Shown: piece by piece, positions 34,700-48,004 of the stretch
Layout of the letters: the number at the start of each line of letters is the position of its first letter
Numbering within the stretch: the first letter of the stretch is position 1
Assembly: GCA_030390025.1 (NCBI GenBank)
Contig: CM059433.1
Span: 9,178,001 to 9,242,000, forward strand
DNA length: 64,000 bases
DNA from: Squalus acanthias
Lineage: Eukaryota
Reading direction: 5' to 3'
Notes under the pieces: model-generated
What the model saw: only the letters and a program-made list of their open reading frames with translations
Databases searched by the model: none
What the model was told of the DNA's origin: nothing
Translations under genes and position numbers: made by a program

Positions 34700-36287
34700 A
34701 GAATGAGGAACTGAAAGAAATTAGTATTAGTAAAAAAAAGTACTGGAGAAATTAATGCGACTGAAAGCAAATAAATCTCCTGGACCTGATGGCCTACATC
34801 CTAGGGTTTTGAAAGAGATGGGCTATAGAGATAGTGGATGCATTGGTTGTCACTTTCCAAAATTCCATAGATTCTAGAACGGTTCCCGTGGATTGGAAGG
34901 TGGCAAATGTAACCCCACTATTTAAGAAAGGAGGGAGAGAGAAAATGGGGAACTACAGACCAGTTAGCCTGACATCAGTAGTAGGGAAAATGCTAGAATC
35001 TATTATTAAGGACGTGGTAACAGCGCACTTAGAAAATAATAAGAGGATTGGGCAGAGTCAAGACGGATTTATGAAAGGGAAATCGCGTTTGACGAATCTG
35101 TTAGTTTTTTGAGGTTGTAACTAGCAAAATAGATAAGGAGGAACCAGTGGATGTGGTGTATTTGGATTTTCAGAAGGCATTCGATAAGGTGCCACACAAG
35201 AGGTTATTAAACAAAATTAGGGCTCATGGGATTGGGGGTAATATACGAGCATGGATTGAGGATTGGTTAACGGACAGAAAACAGAGAGTAGGAATAAATG
35301 GGTCATTTTCGGGTTGGCAGGCTGTAACTAGTGGGGTACCGCAAGGATCAGTGCTTGGGCCTCAGCTATTCACAATCTACATCAATGATTTGGATAAGGG
35401 GACCAAATGTAATATATCCAAATTCGCTGATGATACAAAGCTGGGTGGGAATGTAAGTTGTGAGGAGGATGCAAGGAGGCTTCAAGGGGATATAGACAGG
35501 CTAAGTGAGTGGGCAAGAACATGGCAAATGGAATATAATGTGGAGAAATGTGAAGTTATCCACTTTGGTAGGAAAAATAGAAAAGCAGAGTTGGTGTTCA
35601 GAGGGACCTGGGTGTCCTTGTAAAAGAATCACTGAAAGTTAATATGCAGGTACAGCAAGCAATTAGGAAAGCAAATGGTATGTTGGCCTTTATTACAAGA
35701 GGATTTGAGTACAAGAGTAAAGACATCTTACTGCAATTATGTAGGGCCCTGGTGAGACCACACCTGGAGTATTTTGTACAGTTTTGGTCTCCTTACCTAA
35801 GGAAAGATATACTTGTCATAGAGGGAGTGCAACGAAGGTTCACCAGACTGATTCCTGAGGTGGTGGGATTGTCCTATGAGGAGAGATTGAGTAGACTAGG
35901 CCTATATTCTCTAGAATTTAGAAGAATGAGAGGTGATCTCATTGAAACATACAAAATTCTTACAGGGCTTGACAGGGTAGATGCAGGGAGGATGTTTCCC
36001 CTGGCTGGGGAGTCTAGAACCAGGGGTCACAGTCTCAGAATAAGGGGGTCGGCCATTTAGGACTAAGATGAGGAGAAATTTCTTCACTCAGAGGGTGGAG
36101 AATCTTTGGAATTCTCTGACCCACGAGGGCTGTGGAGGCTCAGTCGTTGAGTATATTTAAGACAGAGATCGATAGATCTTTGAATATTAAGGGGATATGG
36201 GGATAGTGCAGGAAAGTGGAGATGATCTTATTGAATGGCGGGGCAGGCTCGAAGGGCCAATTGGCCCACTCCTGCTCCTATTTCTTG
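34700..36287 (+). mobile_element. CR1 LINE, 5'-truncated RT part to the 3' end
   Basis: ORFs 34834-36060 with YLDFQKAFDKVPH, GVPQGSVLGP, KFADDTK; tail GGGCCAATTGGCCCACTCCTGCTCC. Confidence 0.93.
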
Positions 36288-36424
36288 GTCAAATTTACAT
36301 TTTCATAAAAAGCAACAAGTCACAGCTAAAGAGATAGCGAAGAAACAAATCACAAAGAAGGAACAAGAATAGGAAAACTACCAACATATCAAGACGACAA
36401 ATAATGCTGAAGCAAACAATCAGC

Positions 36425-36775
36425 GAAATGATGCAGTGGACGTAATATATTTGGTTTTTCAAAAAGCCTTTCATAAGGTACCACATAGTAGACTTATAAC
36501 TAAGATCAGAACATGTTGAGTCAGGGGACAAGTAGCACAACGAATAGCAAGCTGGCTGCAAAAACAGAAAAGAGAGTAGGTGTTAAAAGGTAGTTACTCA
36601 AATTGGTAAAAGGTGGGAAGTGGTGTTCCACAAGGATCGATGCTGGCGCCACTGTTGTTCACTATTTACATAACCGATTGACTCAGGAATCGGAAGTACG
36701 ATTTCAAAATTTGCAGACGACACCAAATTTTGTTGGGGGGGGGGGCGCGCGGGGTGGGTGGTATAGTTAATAGAA
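36425..36775 (+). mobile_element. Older CR1 RT fragment, same type as 28505-30385
   Basis: TTTCAAAAAGCCTTTCATAAGGTACCAC; GGTGTTCCACAAGGATCG; AAATTTGCAGACGACACCAAA. Confidence 0.8.
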
Positions 36776-36779
36776 GAGC

Positions 36780-39700
36780 TTCGGACACTGCGATGCATCA
36801 GGGAGGGGGAAGAGTTACCTGGACACTTTGATCCAGGAGGCAGCCACACCCCTTAGGATAAATACTTCAAATTTCGTCCGTGGTCAGGGACAGGAGGGTG
36901 TGACTGCGAGTGAGGTAGGTATGGGGATCCAGATGGTAGCACTGGGGGAGCCTCAGCCCTTGCACTTGTCCAACAGGTACGAGGTTCTTGCAGCCTGTGT
37001 GGACGAGAGCAGGGGCTGCAGGGAGAATGAGCAAACTGACCACAGCACCATGGTTCAGGGGGCCATTCAAGCAGGGGGGGGGGGGGTGGGGGGTGGGGGG
37101 GGGAGAGTAAAAAGAGACGTAGTAGTGGTAGGGGACAGTATAGTTAGAGGGATAGATACTATTCTCTGCAGCCGAGCGCGTGAGTCCCGAAGGCTGTGTT
37201 GCCTGCCAGGATTAAGGACATCTCCTCGGGGCTGGAGAGGAACTGGGAGTGGGAGGGGAAGATCCAGTTGTCGTGGTCCCCGTAGGCACCAACGACATAG
37301 GTAGGAGTAAGAAAGTTTCTGCTGAGGGAGTATGAGCAGCTAGGGGCCAAATCTCTGGATTACTACCTGAGCCACGAGCAAATTGGCACAGGGTCAATAA
37401 GATCAGAGAGTTGAATGCATGGCTCAAAGATTGGTGTGGGAGAAATGGGTTTCAATTCATGGGGCACTGGCACCAGTACTGGGGAAAGAGGGAGCTGTTC
37501 CGTTGGGACGGGCTTCACTTGAACCAGGCTGGGACCAGTGTCCTGGCGAATCGAATAACTAGGGCGGTAGATAGGGCTTTAAACTAAATAGTGGGGGGCG
37601 GGGGGGGAGGGTTCAGATGAAGGGGAATTTAGAAAGTCAAAGAGAAAGAAGGCGGCAATAGTGCAGGGTAGCGATAGGGGTAATGATAACCAGAGTGTGA
37701 CAGGGAGAGACAGAGCGTACAAACATAAGAGTGCACCAGCTAATAGGGTCAGAGTAGGGAAAAATGGTAAAAAGACAAACTTAAAGGCTCTTTATCTGAA
37801 TGCACACAGCATTCGTAACAAGATAGATGAGTTGACAGCACAAATAGAAATACATGGGTATGATCTGATAGCCATTACAGAGACGTGGTTGCAAGGTGAC
37901 CAAGGCTGGGAACTGAATATTCAGGGTTATTTGACATTTCGGAAGATTAGGCAGAAAGGAAAAGGAGGTGGGGTAGCTCTGTTAATAAAGGACAAGATCA
38001 GTGCAGTGGTGAGAAATGATATTGGCTCGGAAGATCAAAATGTAGAATCAGTTTGGGTGGAGATAAGAAATAGCAAGGGAAAGAAGTCACTGGTGGGAGT
38101 AGTCTATAGGCCCCCCTAACAGTAGCTACACTATCGGACAGAGTATAAATCAAGAAATAATGGGGGCTTGTAAGAAAGGTACTGCAATAATCATGGGCAA
38201 TTTTAATCTTCATATAGATTGGACAAATCAAATTGGCAAGGGTAGCCTTGAAGACTAGAGTTCATGGAGTGTATTCAGGATGGTTTCTTAGAACAATATG
38301 TCGTAGAACCAACCAGGGAGCAGGCTATTTTAGATCTGGTAATGTGTAATGAGACAGGATTAATTAATAATCTCATAGTAAAGGATCTTCTAGGGAAGAG
38401 TGATCATAGCATGATAGAATTTCAAATTCAGTTTGAGAGTGAGAAACTTGGGTCTGAAACTAATGTCCTAAACTTAAATAAAGGCAATTACAAAGGTATG
38501 AAGACAGAGTTGGCTAAAGTGGACTGGGAAAATAGATTAAAGGGTAAGACGGTAAATAAGCAGTAGCAGACATTTAAGGAGATATTTCATACCTCTCAGC
38601 AAAGGTTTATTCCAGTGAGAAAGAAAGATTCTACGAGAAGGATGAACCATCCGTGGCTAACTGAGGAAGTTAAGGATGGCATCAAATTGAAAGAAAAAGC
38701 ATACAATGTTGCAAAGATTAGCAGTAGGCCAGAGGATTGGGAAATTTTTAGAAACCAGGAAAGGATGACTAAAAAAATAAAGAGGGAGAAGATAGATTAT
38801 GAGAGTAAACTAGCAAAAAATATAAAAACAGACAGTAAGAGATTCTACAGGTATATAAAAAGGAAGAAAGTAGCTAAAGTAAACGGTGGTCCCTTAGAGG
38901 ATGAGACTGGGGAATTAATAATGGGAAACAGGGAAATGGCAGAGACTTTGAACAAATATTTTGTATCAGTCTTCACGGTAGAAGACACTAAAAGCATCCC
39001 AATAATAATTGATAATCAAGGGGCTATAGGGAGGGAGGAACTTAAAACAATCACTATCATTAGAGAAAAAGTACTAGGCAAACTAATGGTACTAAAGGCT
39101 AACAAGTCCCCTGGACCTGGTGGCTTGCATCCTAGGGTCTTAAAAGAAGTGGCTGCAGAGATAGTGGATGTATTGGTTGTAATCTACCAAAATTCCCTGG
39201 ATTCTGGAGAGGTCCCAGCAGATTGGAAAACCGCAAATGTAACGTCCTTATTTTAGAAAGGAGGGAGACAGAAAGCAGGAAACTATAGGCCAGTTAGCCT
39301 CACATCGGTCATTGGGAAAATGCTGGAATCCATTATTAAAGGAAGCAATAGCAGGACATTTAGAAAATCATAATACAATCAAGCAGAGTCAACATGGTTT
39401 CATGAAAGGGAAATTGTGTTTGACAAATTTACTAGAGTTCTTTGAGGAGGTAACGAGCAGGATGGATAAACGGAAACCAGTGAATGTGGTGTATTTGGAT
39501 TTCCAGAAGGCATTCGATAAGGTGCCACATAAAAAGTTACTGCACAAGATAAGCGCTCACAGGGTTGGCGGTAATATATTAGCATGGAGAGAGGATTGGT
39601 AACTAACAGAAAACAGAGTCGGGATAAATGGGTAATTTTCAGGTTGGCAAACTGTAACTAGTGGGATGCCATAGGGATCAGTGCTGGGGCCTCAACTATT

Positions 39701-40378
39701 TACAATCTATATTAATGACTTGAATGAAGGGACCGAGTGTACTGTAGCCGAATTTGCTGATGATACAAAGATAGGTGGGAAAGCAAGTTGTGAGGAAGAC
39801 ACCGAGTCTGCAAAGGGATATAGATAGGTTAAGTGAGTGGGCAAAAATTTGGCAGATGGAGTATAATGTGGGAAAATGTGAGGTTATCCACTTTGGTAGG
39901 AAGAATAAAATAGCAAATTATTAAAGAGACTGCAAACTGCTGCGGTACAGAGCGATCTGGGGGTCCTCATACATGAAACAAAAACTTAGCATGCAGGTAC
40001 AGCAATAAATTAGGAAGGCAAATGGAATGTTGGCTCTTATTGCAAGGGGGAGGGAGTATAAAAGTAGAGAAGTCATGCTACAACTGAACAGGGCGCTGGT
40101 GAGACCACATCTGGAGTACTGCGTGCAGTTTTGGTCTCCTTATTTAAGGAGGGATATACTTGCATTGGAGGCAGTTCAGAGAAGCTTCACTAGGTTGATT
40201 CCGGAGATGAAGGGGTTGTCTTATGAAGAAAGGTTAAGCAGGTTGGGCCTATACTCATTGGAGTTTAGAAGAATGAGAGGGGATCTTATTGAAACATAAG
40301 ATTCTGCGGTGGCTTGACAGTGTAGATGCAGCGAGGATGTTTTCCCCTCGTGGGGGAATCTAGAACTAGGGGGCATAG
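36780..40378 (+). mobile_element. CR1 LINE (esterase ORF1 plus ORF2), 5' portion; host of a nested antisense CR1
   Basis: VVVVGDSIVRG, LYLNAHSIRNK, VVYRPP, KSPGPGGLHPRVLKE, YLDFQKAFDKVPH, RPHLEYCVQFWSP. Breaks at ...AGAACTAGGGGGCATAG. Confidence 0.94.
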
Positions 40379-43252
40379 AAACATAGAAGATAGGAGCAGG
40401 AGTAGGCCATTCGGCCCCTCGAACCTGTTCCGCCATTTAATGAGATCATGGCTGATCATCCAAATTCAGAACCCTGTCCCTGCTTTCTCCCCATATCCCT
40501 TTAGCCTTGAGAAATATATCTAACTCCTTCTTGAATATATTTAATGAATTGGCCTCAACTGCCTTGTGTGGTAGAGAATTCCACAGGTTCACCACTCTCT
40601 GGGTGAAGAAATTCCTCCTCATCTCAGTCCTAAATGGCTTACCCCTTATCCTTAGACTGTGACCCCTGGTTCTGGACTCCCCCGCCATTGGGAACATCCT
40701 TCCTGCATCTAGTCTGTCTAGTCCTGTTAGAATTTTATAAGTTTCAATGAGATCCCCTCTCATTCTTCTAAACTCTCGCAAATACAAGCCCAATCGACCC
40801 AATCTCTCTTCATACGTCATTCCTGCCATCCCAGGTATCAGTCTGGTGAATCTTCGCTGCACTCCCTCCATGGCAAGAACATCCTTCCTCAGATAAGGCA
40901 ACCAAAACTGCACACAATACTCAAGGTGTGGTCTCACCAAGGCCTTGTACAACTGCAGCAAGACATCCTTGCTCCTGTACTCGAATCCTCTCGCTATGAA
41001 GGCCAACATACCATTTGCCTTCTTAACCGCCTGCTGCACCTGCATGCTTACCTTCAGCAACTGGTGCACAAGGACACCCAGGTCTCGTTGCACTTCCCCT
41101 TTTCCCAATCTATTGCCATTCGGATAATAATCTGCCTTCCTGTTTTTGCCACCAAAGTGGATAACCTTGCATTTATCCACATTATACTGCATCTGCCATG
41201 CATCTGCCCAATCACCCAACCTGTCCAAATCATACTGGAGTTTCTCTGCATCCTCCTCACAGCACACACGCCCACCCAGCTTTGTGTCATCTGCAATCTT
41301 GGAGATATTACATCTAGTTCCCTCATCTAGATCATTAATATATATTGTGAATAACTGGGGTCCTAGCACCGATCCCTGCGGTACCCAACTAGTCACTGCC
41401 TGCCACTCAGAAAAAGACCCGTTTATTCCAACTCTTTGCTTCCTGTCTGCCAACCAGTTCTCTATCCAAGTCAGTACCTTACCCCCAATCCCATGTGCTT
41501 TAACTTTACACGCTAATCTCTTATGCAGGACCTTATCAAAAGCCTTCTGAAAGTCCAAATACACCACATCCACTGGTTCTCCCTTATCTATTCTACCAGT
41601 TACATCCTCAAAAAATTCCAGTAGATTTGTCAAGCATGATTTACCTTCTGTAAATCCATGTTGACTTTGTCCGATCCTGTCACTGTTTTCCAAGTGCTCT
41701 GCTATTACATCTTTTATAATGGACTCTAGCATTTTCCCCACTACCGATGTCAGGCTTACCGGTCTATAATTCCCCGTTTTCTCTCTACCACCTTTTTTAA
41801 ATAGTGGGGTTACATTAGCTACCCTCCAATCCATGGGAACTGTTCCAGAGTCTATAGAATTTTGGAAGATGACCAGAAATGCATCTACTATTTCTAGGGC
41901 CACTTCCTTAAGTACCCTAGGATGTAGATTATCAGGCCCTGGGGATTTATCAGCCTTCAATCCCGTCAATTTCCCTAACACCATTTCCCTACAAATACTG
42001 ATTTCATTCAGTTCCTCCCTTTCATTAGACCCTTTGTGCCCCGACATCTCTGGGAGGTTATTTGTGTCCTCCTTTGTGAAGACAGAACCAAAGTATGTAT
42101 TTAATTGGTCTGCCATTTCTTTGTTCCCCATTATAAATTCCCCTGATTCTGACTGCAAGGGACCTATGCTTGACTTCACCAATCCTTTTCTCTTCACATA
42201 TCTATAGAAGCTTTTACAGTCAGTTTTTATGTTCCCTGAAAGCTTACTCTCATACTCTATTTTCCCCCTCTTAATTAATCCCTTTGTCCTCCTTTGCTGA
42301 ATCCTAAACTGCTCCCAATCCTTAGGTTTGCTGCTTTTTCTGGCCAATTTATATGTCCTCTCCTTGGATCTTATGCTATCCCTAATTTCCCTTGTTAGCC
42401 ACGGTTGAGTCACCTTTTTTGTTTTATTCTTATGCCAAACAGGGATGAACAAATTCTGTAGTTCATCCATGCGATCTTTAAATGTTTGCCATTGTCTATC
42501 CACCGTCAACCCTTTAAGTAACGTTCCCCAATCCATCCTAGCCAACTCACGCCTCATACCATCATAGTTTCCTTTATTTAAATTCAGGACCCTATTCTGA
42601 GTCAACTACTTCACTCTCCATCTTAATGAAGAATTCTATCATATTATGATCGCTCCTCCCCAAGGGGCCTCGCACAACAAGATTGCTAATTAATCCTTTC
42701 ATTACATAATACCCAGTCTAAGATGGCCTGATCTCCAGTTGGTTCCTCGACATATTGGTCCAGGAAACCATCCCGTATACACTCTAGGAATTCCTCCTCC
42801 ACAGTATTGTTACTAATTTGGTTAGCCCAATCTATATGTAGATTAAAGTCACCCATGATAACTGCTGTGCCCTTATTGCACACATCTCTAATTTCCCATT
42901 TAATGCCATCCCCAACCTCAGCATTACTGTTTGGGGGTCTGTATACAACTCCCACTAACATTTTCTGCCCCTTGGTATTTCTCAGCTCTACCCATACAGA
43001 TTCCACATCATCAGAGCTAATATCCTTCCTTACTATTGTGTTAATCTCCTCTAACCAGCAATGCTACCCCACCTCCTTTTCCTTTTTGCCTGTCCTTCCT
43101 GAATATTGAATACCCCTGGATGTTGAATTCCCAGCCTTGGTCACCCTGGAGCCATGTCTCCGTAATCCCAATTATATCATATCCGTTTACATCCATTTGT
43201 GCAGCTAATTCATCCACCTTATTACGAATGCTCCTCACATTAAGACACAAAA
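40375..43252 (-). mobile_element. Younger CR1 nested in antisense; 719-aa open RT-containing ORF2 segment
   Basis: ORF 40446..42605 plus APE fragments 42686-43250. (CATAGAAA)n tail at the left junction; ATAG repeated at both junctions. Confidence 0.94.
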
Positions 43253-43253
43253 A

Positions 43254-43543
43254 ATAGTTTCAGAATAAGGGGTCGCCCATTTAAAACGGAGATGAGGAGG
43301 AATTTCTTCTCTCAGAGGGTCGTGAATCTTTGGAATTCTCTACCCCAGAGACCTGTGGAGGTGGAGTCATTGAATATATTCAAGGCGGAGATAGACAGAT
43401 ATTTGAGCTACAGGGGAGTCAAGGGTTATGGGGAGCGGGCGGGAAAGTGGAGTTGCGGCCAAGATCAGATCAGCTATGCTCTTATTGAATTGCGGAGCAG
43501 GCTCGAGGGGCCAAATGGCTTACTCCTGCTCCTATTTCTTATG
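43254..43543 (+). mobile_element. 3' remainder of the host CR1 (36780-40378)
   Basis: Resumes ATAGTTTCAGAATAAGGGGTCGCCC, MRRNFFSQRVVNLWNSLP, tail GGGCCAAATGGCTTACTCCTGCTCC. Confidence 0.9.
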
Positions 43544-43911
43544 TAAGCTTGGTTAGACTACACTTGGAGTACTGTGAACAGCTCTGGTTAGATTGAGAGG
43601 CCGGAAGGGAAGCACTCTTGTTCCTCCGGGATTCTCGGCCGGCCAGTGTTAAAGCTGGAAGAGAGAAAAATCGGAGGCCAGCAGCCTCATTAAAATATTT
43701 AAATGAGCAACCCGCCTCCTGGGAGCGGATTGGTTGCCCGCCTCCCCATTCCGCCGCCATTAAAGTCAAAAGTAAGTGGGCTCGAGTTTGAGATTTTAAA
43801 AATGTTAACATCCCACGCGACCAAAAATCACCTGTTTTGGGGTGTTAAAATTACCCTCCCAAGTGTCCGGAATCAACACTAATAAAAATGTATAAATACT
43901 GCTTACTATAC

Positions 43912-44621
43912 GGACCCAGACTTTTCTGCAGCGAGGGTTCTCTGCGCCTGCCGCCTTAATTAGACTTTTTCCTCTCACCTTTCAGCTCAAAATTATTTTT
44001 CTTCATAAATTGCTGGATGTGCAAGTGATAACGGCATGGCGAGGGCAATGGGGCATCTGGGACCTTGGTGAATGATAATGTATCTCCTTAACCAAAGAGA
44101 TTTAAGGATTGAGAAAGAAACAGTGGAATGATGGAGAAGGAAATAGAATGACTTAGAGTCAAATCTAATTTAATCTAATGGATTGAGAAAAAAAAGAGAC
44201 AGAAAGGAAATGAAAGAATTTTTTTTTAAATTTAAAAAAAATTCAACAATTTACTACTTGTAGGAATGAGACTCCACAGTTTAAATGATTCCCTTTTTGG
44301 GCCGGATAGGTTGAATGGCATTGCAGAACATAAATCTCATTCGAAAAAAGGTACTTGCGCTGTTATGTAGCATCCCTAACTTTCTGCGGCAAGTTTAATT
44401 GGTAATTAATGTGCAAATGCAGCAATTTTTTGAAACTCACGGGGAAATTGAGGGCGAGCTGCTGTTTTCGCGAGGGGCCAATGGCGAAGCAATCGTCCAG
44501 TAACTCGTCGAGATTCGCAATTCATGAGGCATCTCTCCTCACCACGTTGCTGGGCGATTTACACATTAATAATGGTGCGTGCCATTAACCTTGCTGTTAT
44601 TTTGGCAGCAAAATCTGGCCC
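43912..44621. mobile_element. Degenerate MITE, probably Harbinger-type
   Basis: Imperfect TIRs GACCCAGACTTTTCTGC and GCAGCAAAATCTGGCCC; GC-rich ends and an AT-rich core, like the other MITEs. Confidence 0.5.
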
Positions 44622-45422
44622 AATATATTGCCCATTTAGAGTTATCCAATTAGCACTGAGAAACATGTCAAAATATAATGGGGGTGGGGGGCCAGTGGAA
44701 TTCAATTTGCAGCCAAAACAGGCCCAATGTCAGCGTCAAGCGATCTGAGCCACTTTAGAGTTCAGGCCTCATCTGAATTCCACTAGTGAGCGAAGAGCAC
44801 CAAACAGGGGTCCCACTGCAACTCACTAATTATGGGAGGACAGGAAATTGGTCGCATCATTGGTGTCGGACCCCGATTATGCATATTTAAGTAGCCTTAC
44901 ACCCAAACCAGGTAGGTGTGCTGCTCACCCATTTACAGGCCCGCTTGAAAAATCGCACCATGGAATGTCAATGGGACAGCCAAAGTGCCTCCCCAATCTC
45001 TTCCCCTCCTTCCAATTTTCAACAACCAGCAAGAAATGGGCAGCTGGCAATTAAAAATTCCTCCCAGTGATACTAAACTCAAAAGATTATTTGGGTAATT
45101 TGCACAATTTACAGCAAGTAAAAGCAATAACTGAGTAAGAGTTAATAGCAAAAATAAAGAAACATGTAGACAATGTAAACATTTGAACCCCTAAATGGTT
45201 AGCATATTAGCATCTGCCTTTTCTCCAAGCTCTTCTGAATGTCATGCCGTCACATCATGTTGATTCTAATAATGGTGCCTGCTGCCATCTTGATCAACAA
45301 CTGTTCTACCTTTGCTTCCTGCTGAATACTCACCTGGTGACATCAATAGTGTGGACAAGACTGGCAGTTTAAAAAAGTCTCTTCCCTTTTACTGCCCTTC
45401 GGTCCTCAACGCCAACTGCTTC

Positions 45423-45828
45423 GTGGGTACGGTAGCATAGTGGTTGTTACTGGACTAGTAATCCAGAGACGTGAGTTCAAATCCCACCACAGGCAGCTGG
45501 GGAATTTTAATTCAGTTAATTAAATAAATCTGGGATTTTAAAAAAAAAAGCTAGCATCAGTAATGGTGACCATGAAACTATCGGATTGTTGGAAAAACCC
45601 ATCTTGTACATTAATGTCCTTTCCCAGTCTGGCCTATGTGACTTCAGACCCACAGCAATGTGGTTGACTCTTAACTGCCCTCTGAAATGGCCTAGCAAGC
45701 CACTCAGTTGTAACAAACCGCGATGACAAAGTCAGCACTGTGGGAGTAACTTCACCACCTTCTCAATGGCAACTTGGGATAGGCAATAAATGCCAGCTTT
45801 GCCAGTGATGCCCACATCCCATGAACAT
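45423..45828 (+). mobile_element. tRNA-headed bipartite SINE carrying both the 5' UTR and the 3' tail of the family-B LINE
   Basis: A box TAGCATAGTGG, B box GAGTTCAAATCC. 45680-45721 is the exact reverse complement of 33464-33505. Tail CACCACCTTCTCAA...GGCAATAAATGCC...GCCCACATCCC. Confidence 0.85.
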
Positions 45829-45849
45829 ATATATATAATTCCATGGATA

Positions 45850-46135
45850 CCAGTATGTACCTTGCCCTTATGCGTGAGCCTCAACAGTGAATCGGGCGAT
45901 TCAACTGCAAGGGGCTTTGTGGCCAAGCCCAATCTTGTCCTCGCAGGAAGTACTGCAGAGAGATTAGATACAGAAACACTGGCTGATTTCCCCATTCATA
46001 AATCAGGAGCACCAAGGCCCTTTGCATCTCCCTCCTATCACTCGGGCTAAGATTAGCTAATTCCATACAGACCAAACTTGGGACCTACCTGATCTAGAAG
46101 GTCCAACCATTAGAGTGCAATCCTTTACACCCACC
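45850..46135 (-). mobile_element. AmnSINE2-like SINE remnant
   Basis: Shares GCCAAGCCCAATCTTGTCCTCGC and CTGGCTGATTT..CC motifs with 16040-16382. Confidence 0.5.
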
Positions 46136-46639
46136 TGAGGGGGCAGACTGGGCCTCAGTCCATTTCAGTCCTGCTGTGTGTCAGTAGAACCAGGAGACGA
46201 GATGAAGTTGCTCAGTATGGGCTAGAACTTTTCTGGCATCAACTGTGGCATACCAGTTGTTTAACATAATGCAAAATAGTGTAAAGTTAAACTAGCTTGA
46301 AATTTAAAAGTAATGCACTTTTCGCTGCCTTCATTTTCAAATTATATTTTTTGATCACACTACATGGGAGTAAATCACGTGTAATCATTTAGCATGAAAT
46401 TTTAGTTTGTTAAATGGTGTTTATGTGGGTTGATTATATTTGCAAATAACAACCTTTTACAGGCAGTCAATATTGGTCATCAAATAGTTGCTGCATACAT
46501 ATCAACCTAGAAAAGCAGCAAAAGCTGGACAGTGCAAGTAGAGGACAGGGTGTCATTAATTAAGGGGAACAAGGCTAGGACAGTTTAGGTGAAGATGGAA
46601 ATCTGAGTGATCACGTGGTGCAGAGGCTAAAAGGGAGAG

Positions 46640-47775
46640 AGAAGGGAGCCTTGCGGAGGCAGTTGTTGTGTGTGTGTGTGTGGGGGGGGGGTGGAAGAGA
46701 GGAGAAGCAGTAAACAAAGAATTTTAAATGAATGGCAGGAGGGATGGAAGAAGGCAAGGTGCTCAAGAGCTGGAGGAATAAAGAGAGCAGCGAAGGCATC
46801 ATTTGGAGATGAGGACACTACCAGCGCCATGGTAGTTTGGGCAAGTGGTGATAATGAGGAGTCACTACGGTGAGCCAGGTTACAGTCAGTACCAGGCTGT
46901 CTATACAATTAACCAGAAAATCCATTCCACAGCACTTCCAGTATAATTACATATTTTCACAGGGCCTGTCCCTCTACCCTTAAAAACCATAATCTCTTTC
47001 CTGAAAAAAACCTGCCTCATTCTGCCTGTCCTTACGAACTACCATTCCATCTCCAACTTCCCTTTCCTCCCTTTTGTCCACAAGTGTTATCTTCCAACTC
47101 TATGCCCAACTCTCCCTTAATTTCTTATTCAAATGTCTCCAGTCCAATTTCTGCAGACTGCCCTAATCAAAGCCACAAACAGCATCCTCCGATAATAACT
47201 ATGGTGGTTTCTCCATTCCACAACATTCTACATAGTTGATCACATCATCGCTCTCTATTGGTTTTCTTCCATCATTTCACAGTCCCATTTCTACTTATTC
47301 AAAAAGTAGCTAGCACAGCAATAGCAATGGCTTCTCTTCCCTCCTCCATATACTCATCTTCGCGTCTCCCAAGGACCTATTCTTGGCCCCCTCCTCTTAC
47401 TGATCAAGCTGTCCATCAGTGACATGATCTAGAGCCATTGAATCAGTTTCCACATGTATGTCAATGACACCCAGCTGTACCTCTCCACCACCTCACTCAG
47501 CCATCTCTATGTTGTCATACTGCTTCCCTGACTCTCAACTTCCTCCATTGGAAGGACTGACGCCACCGTCTTTGCACCTTCATCTACCTAGGTCCTGACC
47601 TCTGCAATTTCCTCCTGATTTTTCTACACCTTAGAAACCTCGTCAAAACCCATCTTTTCTACCAAGCTTTTAGACACCCCTCCAGTCTAGTTTATATCGA
47701 TTTTCCTCATGCCTATGTGGAGTACCTTCTGGCATCCTTGCATTAAAAGCATTATATAAATGGAAGATGTTGTGT
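46640..47775. mobile_element. Old L2 fragments (46640-46870 minus; about 47000-47775 plus)
   Basis: CCCCAAGG..TATTCTTGGCCCCCTCCTCT-like PQG motif, CAGTTTCCACATGTATGTCAATGACACCCAGCTGTAC (FHMYxDDTQLY), L2 tail AAAGCATTATATAAATG. Confidence 0.7.
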
Positions 47776-48004
47776 AATGGGGACAGGGGTGGGGGATAGG
47801 GTAAGCAAACATATATACATGAAAGCCTGAAGGCAAATGCAAGTGCTGAAGACACAAGATTTATTTTCCAGAGATCTGGGATATGTTCTCTTTCTCACCA
47901 CCATGCCCCACCCCTCAAAAAAAATTGATGCTTTTTGTCCAGCATTTTGGAATCTATAATGAACACAGCATTGCATTCTTTCATCTAGAAAGTATAAAAG
48001 ACAT

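Noticed and set aside
40446..42605. Active autonomous LINE
   Set aside because: 5'-truncated (no ORF1), APE region frameshifted, substitutions in RT motifs, and the C-terminus is frameshifted into the UTR.
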